Positions 13,408-25,025 of a DNA stretch of 64,000 bases are shown piece after piece. How positions within the stretch are numbered: position 1 is the stretch's first letter; each line of letters begins with the position of its first letter. Source of the DNA: the human T2T-CHM13v2.0 reference genome, Homo sapiens; assembly GCF_009914755.1 (NCBI RefSeq), contig NC_060926.1; one strand, written 5' to 3'. The notes below the pieces were generated by a model. The model was given only the letters and a program-made list of their open reading frames with translations, was not told the origin of the DNA and did not search any database. A program made the translations under genes and the position numbers.

Positions 13408-14222
13408 CATACGGCCAATAAACATATGAAAGAAAGCTCAACATTACTGATCATTAGAGAAATGCAAATAAAAACCACAATGAGATAGCATCTCACACCA
13501 ATCAGAATGGCTATTATTAAAAAGTCAAAAAATAACCGGTGTGTTTGAGGTTATTGGAAAAAAAAAAAAAAGGAATGCTTTTATACTGTTGGTGGGTGTG
13601 TAAATTAGTTCAACCATTGTGGAAGACAGTGTGGTGATTCCCCAAAGACCTAGAGGCAGAAATACCATTTGATCCAGGAATCTCATTACTGGGTCTATAC
13701 CCAAAGGAATATAAATCATTCTAGTGTAAACATGCATGCACATGCACTTGTATGTTCATACAGCACTATTCACAATAGCAAAGACATGGAATGCCCATCA
13801 ATGATAGACTGAATAAAGAAAATGTGGTACATATACAACATGGAATACTATGCAGCCATAAGAGGAACAAGATCATGTCCTTTGCAGGGACATGGATAAA
13901 GCTGGAAGCCATTATCCTCAGCAAACTAACACAGGAACAGAAAACCAAATACCACATGTTGTCACTTATAAGTGGGAGGTGAATGATGAGAACACATGGA
14001 CACATAGTGGGGAGCAACACTCACGGGCGCTTGTTGAGGACGGGGTGGGGTGAGAGGAGGGGTGAATCAGGAAGAATAGCTAATAGATGCTGGGCTTAAT
14101 AGCTAGGTGATGGGATGATCTGTGCAGCAAACCACCATAGTTCATGTTTACCTATGTAACAAACCTGCACATCCTGCACCTGTGTCCCTTAATTTAAAAT
14201 GAAAGTTGGAAAATAAAAAAAT
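13408..14222 (+). mobile_element. 5'-truncated L1PA (about PA10-13): ORF2 C-terminus plus 3'UTR
   Basis: gaaatgcaaataaaaaccacaatgag..; 3'UTR caggaagaatagctaat..tgtgcagcaaaccaccat; A-rich tail; degenerate TSD aaaaattctgtcttctcta / aaaaatagctatcttctcta. Confidence 0.9.
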
Positions 14223-14308
14223 AGCTATCTTCTCTAACACAAGGAGCTATTCTCCAATATTATGCATCATTTATTCATTTACAACTTATTTGGCCACTCA
14301 ATTCATTT

Positions 14309-14404
14309 TATATATATGTGTGTGTGTGTGTGTGTGTATAAATATTTGTGTGTGTATATATATATGTGTATATATGTGTGTGTATATATATATGTGTATA
14401 TATA

Positions 14405-14437
<33 letters not shown>
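14309..14437. repeat. (TA)/(TG) compound microsatellite
   Basis: Direct reading. Confidence 0.95.
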
Positions 14438-14438
<1 letters not shown>

Positions 14439-16549
14439 AAAGGGGAGAATATATTGGATATTGGATTTTGTGTCTCTTCCTAGTTCAAGAATAAAGATAC
14501 TTTATGTGATAGGGTTATTAAAGCAAACTGTCAGTCACATGACTGCTTATATGTTCCCTTGAGGCCAGGTCATTTGACTTTATATTCTTCATGTTTATAA
14601 AATGGTCCCCCTAGCCCGTCTATAACCCCAGGAGCCTTTCCTGCTGGTAGGGATGTATTTCTTACAGGATCACACTCCTTGGTACTTTGTAGGCTGGTAT
14701 TTATTAGTAATACGCCCTGTAAGTGCCTCTGTCCAGTGGGCATTATGGTTCTTTCTGGTCAAGGTTCTTGGTATATTTGGAAGTGACATGCAGTTGATAT
14801 ATGTAGTCCCATATTCTCATCACAGTTTTCCCAGTTCAAGATGTCCTTGGTATTCAGTGCTGCACAGATATTCTTTGTAATGAATGGATGACAGTCCTTA
14901 ACTGATCCTTACTTGTTTGTTTCCCACAAAGTGAAAATAAGTCCTGTATGCAATATGCAATATTTTAACTTTTTAATTTCAAAACATTAATATGATTATT
15001 AATCTTATGATCAAATAAAGTGGTTATTAACTAGCAATTATGTGCAACATTCTAATATTTGATTGTATGAATTAGATATGTCACACAACATGTGATCTTA
15101 ATCTTTCAATCAATTATAAATGCTTACTCAGATATTTCTACAATGTTACCAAATTTCAATCTGAATTTATAATACGAATCAGTCTTTCCTAATTCTCACA
15201 CCCCTAAAATGTCAGCTGAGTAAATTATTTACCAATAATACACTTACCAGTAAGATAGCATAGCCTTAAGTTAAAGCATTACTTTACCTAACTTCTTTTC
15301 AACTTTCAGGTTATCCTAGTCTAAGCTGTTTACTTGGATTTTCCTCTTTTAATTCTTGTATTCATCTCTGTTGATCCTAGTATTCTGATAACAGATTCTA
15401 ATAATTCCCCAACCATTCCCCAAAGCTGCCCCATATACAAAAGCTGAAATAAAAGAAAAAGGAAAGTACTGTAACAAGGAAGGGGATAGAAAAGTCTTCA
15501 TGTAGAAGAAGATGCCCAAGTGGAATTTTGAAAAATTAGTACTAATTTGACAAAAGTATGAGAGTAAAGGACATTTGTGGGTAACACATATTTAAAATAC
15601 TCAGTGTGTAATTATTAATTCACTGATTCTATAAACATGCTTTGAAGTCCTGCTGTGTTTAGGTCTTATACAAGATGCTGGAGCTAAAGATTTAGAAAAG
15701 AGTGTCCTATAATTTATAGGGAGATTCATAATAAGTTCGGCACTTAATAAGATGAAAATAGAATAAGTGTTATGCGGAGATTGTATGCATGCACGCTGGA
15801 CACTCACATATGATCACATATCTCAGCCTGGGAAGAAAGGAGTTACTGAAGACGTTCTGTATGAAATCATTTAGAAATCAATGTACTGAGGTATACTTTA
15901 CATATAATAAAATGGACACATTTACTCTACAGATTGATGACTTTTGACATTCAGCTGTGAAACCTCCACCCCAATTAAGATATGTCTCAATATTCTGTAA
16001 AATTCTGTCTCTTTGCAATGTTTCCTTGTGCATCTTTTCTTGTTAGTCCTTCTGGAATAAGTAATTATTGAAATGGGTTTTTGACAGATTTTTCAGTAGT
16101 TATGTAAGAAGAACAAGAATTTGAGTAGTTATTTTAGAAAAGCAAGAAGAAAAAGCACCTCACTAAAAGCAGGGCTTCTGTCAAAGAGCATAAGAAAATG
16201 AGGCTAGAGAAGTTCGTAATTAGATGATAAAGAACACTGAAAGAAAATCTGTAGTACTTCCATGGGTTTAAACCAGGATAAGTCATAATAATAGCAGTAA
16301 AGTTAATGATGATGATAATAATAATATTGTTGAGTGTTTACCGAGAGGCAGGCACTTGTGTATGCATGATTTAATTTAACCTTGTAAAGAGGTTGCTTTT
16401 CTCATCCATTAAAGATTTGACAAGCTAGAAACTCAGTAGTATTAAATGAATTGAAGATTCACAAATAGTAAGAGCTCCTGGGAGGTATTTACACAAAAAC
16501 CCTTTTCATTTTACTTTCAACATGATTTTTTTAAAACATTAACAATAAA

Positions 16550-17300
16550 TTGATGATAGATTGAAAGCAGCAGGGCTGGGGTCCAATTTGAGAGATAATT
16601 AGGAGGTAGAATCTACAGGGCTTAATAACACATGGTTGAGGGAAGGATTTGGTAAAGAGAGTATTGAGGATCATTTTCAACTTAGATGAGTAGATGATGC
16701 AATTACCCAAGATGAAGACAATTGAAATAGAAACAGGATTGGAGATGACAAGTTCAGTGTTAGCCATGCTGAATTTAAGCATGAATGTTACTTCCAAGTG
16801 TTGAAGTATGGCAGGAATTTGGAAATACAGCTCTAAATTTTGGAAAAAAATTTCTATACTGTTAAAAAAGATGTGAAGTCATTAGTATACATATTTTAGT
16901 TAAAGCCAGAGAGAATGTAAATAATTAACAGAAAAAAAACTAAGGATAGAAGAGCAAAACATTTGTCTTTAAGGAATGTTGGGGAAAAACAAATCAAAGA
17001 TAATATTAAGTAGAAAAACAACAAAAAACCCAAATAATAGAAAATAGTGTCTTGGAAATCAAGGGCTGGGTGTGTTCCAAGATGCTATTTTTTAATGACA
17101 TCATGAGAAGTGAAAAGAGAAGTCGTAGAGAAGGAAAAGAAGAGTGATTAAATATGTACATTGCACTTTGAATCCAGGCAGTCACTGGAAATTTGCGTGA
17201 AAGTAGTTTCTTTGTAATGGGGAAGAAGGTGGACGGCAATGCATGGAGATTTGAATAAGAAAAAGGGACAATGCATGTAGAAAGCTCAAGATGCTCAACT
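16550..17300 (-). mobile_element. Degenerate LINE-2
   Basis: Purine-rich L2 antisense motifs (ggaggtagaatctacagggctt; agttcagtgttagccatgctgaatttaag). Confidence 0.55.
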
Positions 17301-18904
17301 TTGAGGAACGGAAACAGATGGGAATATGTTATAGGAAATCATAAAACTGAGGGAGTTGTTTTTTGCTTGATCCAGTTCCAAAAGAAATAGTCACACACAC
17401 AAAAAAAAAAAAGAAGAAAAGAAAAACAAAGATAAGAAAGAGGAAAAGAGGAATTAATCATGAAGAAGAAGGATACTCATTGCAACAAAATCGTTGAGGA
17501 TGTATGAGGGGTTAGTGTTTGAGCACAGGTAGAGGGATAATGTAACGAGGGTGCTGTAACATGGCCATTTGTTAGACTGACAGCGTAGGTTGGAGAGCAG
17601 GCACTTTTTGCTGAGGCAATTTCCCCAGCCTTGTGTTTATGGAACTTCAGAGTGTGACTATTCTGTTGTGGGGTGAGGTGGAGGGCTGCAAGGAAAACTA
17701 CACTCTGAGGCTCACTTAAGGCATGTGCTGCCGGTAGCACTTCTGAATGAGGTGCAGAGTTAGAGGCAGTAATTACGGCATTAGCATCGCAGAGTGCCCA
17801 GTGAAAAGTTTTTGGAGGGAAGAAAATTGTTTATAATGATTGCTTTCTGTTTTAGATTTTACTCTATAAAACATTATTTCCAAAATCAGAAACCTAGATG
17901 GCCTCTAATTCTTATGATTCACTGCTCAAGAACTGTGCCTGTTTCCTCCTATTAAGTATGTTTTCTTGTGCTGTTCTGTTGCTTAGACAATTTTCTTTGG
18001 TTCTTCCTATTGCATTCTCATTGAGTTTTCTTATCTTTTCTCACATTTGTTTCCTTGTGATAGTGCAGGGCTGAGTCTTCCTGGTTCCTTCAATGGCTAG
18101 CTACATTACATTTCTTTCACTGAAAGCCTTCCCTTTTTTCTAGTGGGGATGGGCACATTGGTGTGGGAAATAGGAGAGCTGAAGAGAGAGAGAAGGGGTG
18201 TGAGTGGAAATAGTGAGTGGGGATTATATCAGTAGGCCTTTATCATCTGTCACTTTCTTTCCTGAAGTTTCAGTGATGACATTTCTGATAACATTCGTAA
18301 GAATGTAATAGAGCTGTTTTTCCTAATTTTTAATATATACTTCAGTAAATTAAGGTTCACATCATACTATAAGTTCAAGAAGTTAAATGGGAAGAAACAA
18401 TTCCCTAGTCAAGCTTGAGAATATATGAGAACTTAATTTCAATGCCATACAAAAATATTCTTTGTGTGAAATAGGCAAGAGTTATTTTTTGACATGTAGA
18501 TAAAATATGTTTTACAAGCGTTGACAATAGACACATTTTATAACAGCATAAACATTATAAATAAGAAAGTAGAGTATAAAAGTATTGTGTGAGAGAGGTC
18601 AATGTCAGTAAGAAATTATGAAGTTAACAAGAGGAAGAAAAAAACTGGTGTAAATAGATTGAATGAGTTGCTCTGTTAAAAACAAAAAACAAAAAACAAA
18701 AAAACTTAGGATAGGTCATTAAATCTAGCTGTTTTAAATGTTTTAAAAATTGGAAAGTATAAGCAACATACTGGAGACTACAAATAATAATTTATCTTTA
18801 AGTATCATCAGTGATGATTGAAAGAAAATCATACAAAGCACCATGAAGTAAACATGACCTTTTTTTTTTAACTTGGTAAAGGACTTTTTATTTTATATCT
18901 CTCC

Positions 18905-19636
18905 AACGAATGAAAAATGCAGACAAAAAGATGTTCAACATCATGAATCATAAGGGAAATGCAAATCAAAACTACATTGAGACACCACCTCAAACCTGTT
19001 AGGATGGCTGCCATTGTAAAAACAAAACAAGTGATGGGGAGGATGTGGAGAAATTTTAACCCTTTTTCAGTATTAGTGGGAATGTAAAATGGTGCAGCCA
19101 CTGTGGAAAACAGAATGGTGTGCCTCAAAAAATTAAAAATATAATTCCTACATGATTCAGCAATTCCATTTGTGGGTATATACTCAAAAGAATTGAAATC
19201 AGGGGCTCAAACAGGTATCTGTGCACCTATGTGCATAGCGGCATTATTCACAATAGTCAAAAGATGGAAGCAACCCAAGAGTGGGTTGCAATTGACATGA
19301 ATGAACAAGCAAAATGAGATATACACACACAAGGAAGAATTATTCAGCCTTCAAAAGGAAGAAAGTTTTGACAACATGGTATTACACAGATGAACCTCAA
19401 GGGCATCAAGCTAAGTAAAATAAGTCAGACACCATGGGACAAATATGGTATGATTTCACTTACAGAAGCTACTTAGAATAGTCAGAATCATAGGGACAGA
19501 AAGTAGAATGCTGGGGGAGGAGGAAATAGGGAGTTATGTTTCATGGGTATGGAGATTTAGTTTTGAAAGATAAAAAAGTTCTGGAAATGGTTCATGATGA
19601 TGTCATGCTATGTATATTTTTTACCACAATTAAAAA
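18905..19636 (+). mobile_element. L1MB-type 3' fragment
   Basis: agggaaatgcaaatcaaaactac..gtaaaatggtgcagccactgtggaaaacag..aaaaagttctggaaatgg..ttttaccacaattaaaaaa. Confidence 0.85.
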
Positions 19637-20069
19637 AGTAGTTTTATTTTAAAAGGCCGAAGGGTGATGAAAGTCCTCACTGCTTTATCCATCTTCGGGA
19701 GTTTTCTTCTCCATTTAATTCATTAAAAGAACTTTCAAATCTTACAATTTTCTAGGAAGCTGTTCCTGTGCAGTTTGCTCTCCTGGATTTCTCCCAAGGG
19801 ACTACTGTCATGGAACAGAATTCCACTCAGGTAACATGGGGCCCAGCCAATCGCAAATGCCAACCAGGCATTTGTGTGCTGTCTTTAAGAAGAAAGGAGA
19901 TGGATGGGTCTGAGGGTAAAGGAACAAGAAGGTGTGGGTAGGGGCTGAGACCAGCCTGAGTATTGGAATTTGTCCTTGACAGCTGCGGGAAAAGCCCTGT
20001 CAAGGCCTGCACAGAGGCTCCAAGTGCAGAAGTATATGTGCATGTGCCCATGTATGCTTTCACTTATGT

Positions 20070-20800
20070 ATGTGTTCATCTATTCATGTATTCAATGAAC
20101 ACAATTAGCAGCTGCTGTATGCTGGGTACTGTTCTATCTAGTAGTAAACCAGCCTGGCTGGGCTTTGTCCTCATAGGAAAGATATAATGAAGGAGCTCAC
20201 AGGCAAGCACACGCGTGTACAGTGAGCCCACAACTGCACTCTGATGGGGTACATTAGGCAAGTCTCATTTTTCTGGTAGCCAGTGGGAGATGCATACAGA
20301 TAAATCCAACAGAGAATCAGGAGCAAGATGCAGGACAAGTCGGAGATACAATTTGTGCTCAGAATGCCGAGGCCCTTGCCAGCCATGCAAAGGTCTTAAC
20401 CCTAGAGCAGCATGAAGCCATGAAGGATTCTAGGCAGTGACAGGCACGGTGAGATTCATGTTTTGGAAAGTTCCTGCAGGCTGCAGTGTGAATACATAGT
20501 AGGAAGGCAGGAGGCCAGGTGAGAGAGGAGCTGGCCTGCTCCAGGAGGTAGAAGCCTCTGGAGGTGTTTAGACACCTCTAGATTGAGACATGAAGCTGGA
20601 ACAAAATCATGAGATTTGGTATCCATCAGTCCACCTATTCCTACTTTTCCCTGTGTGATGCTGAGTCGATGTGCCCATAGTCTTAGTTGATGTGCTTTTA
20701 AAGTGAGAAAAGGAGCCACCTTGGCCCCTCTTTCTCTAGAGTTTCTGCTACAGTGATTGGGTGAGATCATGTGAATACAGAGCTTTGTCATCAGGGGCAA
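20070..20800 (-). mobile_element. LINE-2 3' fragment
   Basis: ttcatctattcatgtattcaatgaac..tatgctgggtactgttcta; later aggaaggcaggaggccaggtgagagg. Confidence 0.55.
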
Positions 20801-20884
20801 GGTGTTGCAGGCTTATTGATGAGAATGTGGATGGTGATGGTGATGGAGAACATAATTCTGGTATTTAAGGGGTTGAGGAGTGCT

Positions 20885-21085
20885 GCATGTACTCCATGCA
20901 GGGCAGCATACTCAGAGGTTTATGCATATCATCCAGTAGGATTTTGTACCACATTTGGAGATACATGTTACTATCCCCAAGATAATGAGAAAACAGCTCC
21001 AGAGACGCTTATGCAAGGTCACCCAGAGGAGGGGGGTCAGAAGGCAGATTCAAAACATGGTTTGTCTGGATTTAAAACTCTTATG
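20885..21085 (-). mobile_element. MIR
   Basis: atccccaagataatgagaaaacagctccagaga..caaggtcacccag..gcagattcaaaac. Confidence 0.7.
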
Positions 21086-22352
21086 AGCCCCACACCACCA
21101 GCCACTTAAGAAGGCAATTGTACTTTGAGATTTTATCAGTCTCAGTTGGCTTTGGGGCCAGGATGTGTGTTCATTCATTCATCAGTCCATTCAGAAAATA
21201 TACATGGAGTACCTAACATTTGGCAGCCACAGCCCAAGCCCATGAAGGGAACAGTGGACAAAACACACATCTTCGCATGACTTCTTTATTGTGGTTAAAA
21301 AAAAAGACATATCATGAATTCTACTCTCTGAACAAAATTTTCAGTGTACGGTATGTACAGTATTGTTAATTGTATGCATATTGTTGCACAGCACATCTCT
21401 AGAGCTTTTTCATTCTGCCTGACTGAAACTCCACACACATTTTGCAACTCCCCATTTCTTTCTTCTCCTAGGCCGTGGCAACCACCATTCTACTTTGTTT
21501 CTGTGAGTTTGACCACTTTAAATATCCCATGTAAGTGTAATCATGCAACATTTCTCCTTACGTGACTGGCCTGTTTCACTTAGTATAATGTCCTAAAGTT
21601 TCATTCACATTGTAGCATATGACAGAATTTCCTTCCTTTATAAAACTGAATAATATTCCATTGTATATATTTACCATATTTTATTTATCCACTCATCTGT
21701 TGATGGACAATTAGGTTGAGTCCACATCTTGGCTATTATGACTAATGCTGCAATGAACATGGGAGCACAGCTAACTCTTTGAGACCCTGATCTCAATTCA
21801 TTTAGATCAATACCTTGAAGTGAGATTGCTGAATCATATGGTAGTTCTATTTTTAAAATTTTGAGGAAACTTAGTACTGTTTTTCAAAGCAGCTGCACCA
21901 TTTACTTTCCCACCAACAGTGCAGAAGGGTTCCAATTTCTCCACATCCTCAGCAACACTTGTTCTTTTCTTTTCTTTTTTTAAAATATTTTAATTTAGAT
22001 AAAGAGATTACATGTGAGTGTTTGTTACACTGTTATGTTATGTGCTGGTGGAGATTGTGCTTCTAATTCACCCATTACCCAAATAGTGAATATTGTACCC
22101 AATAGGCATTTTTTCAGTCTTCCCTGTCCTCCCACCCTTCCCTGTTTCAGAGTAACCAGTGTCTATCACTTCCACCTTTATATCCATGTGCACCCATTGT
22201 TTAGCACTGATTTATAAATGAGAACATGTAGTATTTGATTTTCTGTTTCTGAGCTAGTTCCCTTAAGATAATGGCCTCCAGCTCCATCCATGTTGCTGCA
22301 AAGGACATTCATTCTTTTTTATGGCTATGTGGTATTCCATTTTATGTGTGTA

Positions 22353-22383
<31 letters not shown>

Positions 22384-23927
22384 GTACATGGTATTTAATA
22401 TATATATAATACATATACGTATATATGTGTATTACATCAATAAATACCAACATTTATTGATGTGATATGCCATATTAAATGTGACACACACACACACACA
22501 GACATTTTCTTTATCCAGTCAACCATTGGATAGACACTTAGGTTGGTTCTATGACTCTCCTATTGTGAATAGTGCTGTGATGAACATACAAGTGCAGGTG
22601 TCTTTTGTATACAATAATTTATTTTTCTTTGAATAAATACCCAGTGTTGGAATTGCTGAGTTGAATGGAGTTCTATTTTCAGTTCTTTGAGATACCTCCA
22701 TATTGTTTTCCGTAAAGGTTGAACTAATTTGCATTCCCACCAACAGTATATGAGCATTCCCTTTTCTCTGCATACATGCCAACATCTGTTATATTTGACT
22801 TTTAATTCTAGTCATTCTGACTGTTGTGAGATAATATCTTATTGTGGTTTTAACTTATATTTCTCTGATGTTTAATGATGTTGAACAATTTTTATGTTTG
22901 TTTTACACTTATTATTTCTTCTTTTGATAAATATCTGTTCATGTCTTTGCTAGTTTTTAATAGGGTTTGTTGTTTGTATCTTATTGAGATTTTGAATTCC
23001 TTATAGATTCTGGATATTAGTCCTTTGTGAGAGGCATAATTTGCAAATATTTCTCCCATTCTGTAGGTTGTCTGTTTACTCTGTTGATTATTTCTTTTGT
23101 TGTACAGAAGGCTTTTAGTTTAATTAAATCCCATGTCTATTTTTATTTTTGTTTCATTTGATTTTGGGGTATTCATCATAAGTTATTTGCCTAGACCAAT
23201 CTCCAGAGGAGTTTTTTTCTAGCTTTCTTCTAGAATTTGTATAGCTTCAGGTCTTACTTTTAAGTCTTTCATCCATATTGACTTAATTTTTATATAATGT
23301 GAGAGATAAGGGTCGGTTTTCATTCTTCTGCATATGGCTAGCCAATTTTCCCAACAACATTTTTTGAATAGGATGCCCTTTTCAAATTTGTTATTTTTGT
23401 CAACTTTACTGATGATCAGTTGGTTGTAGGTATGTGGCTTTATTTCTGGGTTCTTTATTCTGTTCCACTGATCTATGTGTCTCTTTTTGTACCAGTACCA
23501 CATTGTTTTAGTTACTAAATCCTTGTAGTGTAATTTGAAGTCAGGCAATATGATGCCTCTGGATGTGTTTTTCTTGTTTAGTAATTCTTTGGCTCTTTGG
23601 GCTCTTTTTTGGTTTTGTATGAACTTTAGGACTGTTTTTTTCTAATTCCATGAAAAATGATGTTGGTAATTTGATAGGGATTGTGTTGACTCTGTGGATT
23701 ATTTTGGGCAGTGTTATCATTTTAATGATATCAATTCTTCCAACCCATGAGCATGGAATGTTTTCCGTTTGTCATCTATGATTTCTTTCATCAGTGCTTT
23801 GTAATTTTCTTTGTAGAAATCTTTCACTTCCTTGCTTAAATGTGTTTATAGGTATTTCATCTATTTGTGACTATTGTAAATGTGATTGAGTTCTTGATTT
23901 GGGTCTCAGCCCAAATATTACTTTTTT

Positions 23928-24033
23928 AAAATAGGAAAAGTTTCATGAGTTTGCATATTCTCCTTGCACGGGGACCACGCTAATCTTTCCTGTATCATTC
24001 TAATTTTAGTATATGTGCTACTGAAGAGAGCAC
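23928..24033 (-). pseudogene. RNU6 (pseudogene): U6 snRNA retro-pseudogene, full length
   Basis: Reverse complement reads gtgctctcttcagtagcacatatactaaaattagaatgatacaggaaagattagcgtggtccccgtgcaaggagaatatgcaaactcatgaaacttttcctatttt, co-linear with U6; short A tail; TSD-like caaatattact/caaacattatt. Confidence 0.93.
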
Positions 24034-24909
24034 CAAACATTATTGATGTATTAAAAATGCTACTGACTTTTGTACATCAATTTTGTAAGGTTCATTTGCT
24101 CTATAGTCACTTATGTCCAGAGTTCCTTTGTTGATTTCCTGCCCCAATAATCTGGTGTTATCAGTAGGGTGTTGAGTTACTCACTATTATTTTATTGCTA
24201 TGAATCTGTTTTCCTGGTCTAGTAGTATTTGTTTTATGAAACTGGATGCTCCAATGTTGGGTGCATATATATTTAGAATAGCTAAATCTTCTTCTTCTAT
24301 TGAACCCTTCATCATTATCTAATATCCTACTTTCTATAAATTTTACTGATATTGGTTTATAGTCTGTCTTACGTGATATGAAGATGGCTGGTCATGCTCA
24401 TTTTTGTTTTCCATTTGCATGGTATGTCTTTTTTTACCCCTTTACTTTGTCTGTAGTATTTAGCCAAGAGTAACTATCTTGTAGGTAGCAAGTCGTTGTG
24501 TCTTTTTTTCTTTAAAATACAATTTGCCATTTTGTATGTTTTAGGTAAAGCATTTAGGCCATTTATATTCAAGAGTAATATTGATATGAAAGGTTTTGTT
24601 CCTGTCATAGTGTTGCTAGCTAGTTGCCTTGGAGTTTCAACTGTGTAATTGCTTTATAAGGGCTGTGAGCTTTGTAGTTATGTATACTGTTATGATAGTG
24701 AATATCATCCTTTTGTTTCCATGTTACAAATTCTTTGAGTATTTTCGTTTGACTAGTCTAATGGTAATACGTTTTCTTTGTAGTTATTTGTCTGGGAAAG
24801 ACTTTAGTTTTGCTTCATTTTTGAAGCTTTGTTTGGTAAGATATGAAATCCTTGACTGGTGTTTTTTATACATAAAGAGACTAAAAATAGGCTCCTAATC
24901 TCATCTGCT

Positions 24910-25025
24910 TATATATATACACACATATATATATGCACATATATATACACACACATATATATACATATATATGCACATATATACATATATAAGTATATAT
25001 ATGTATATATATATAATGTATATTG
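24910..25025. repeat. (TA)/(CA)-rich low-complexity tract
   Basis: Direct reading. Confidence 0.9.

Noticed and set aside
14206-14483. Cys/Val/Tyr/Ile-rich ORFs
   Set aside because: Translation of a TA/TG microsatellite
23928-24033. Functional U6 gene
   Set aside because: Many substitutions including the ACAGAGA box (reads acaggaa); upstream sequence is L1 rather than a PSE/TATA promoter
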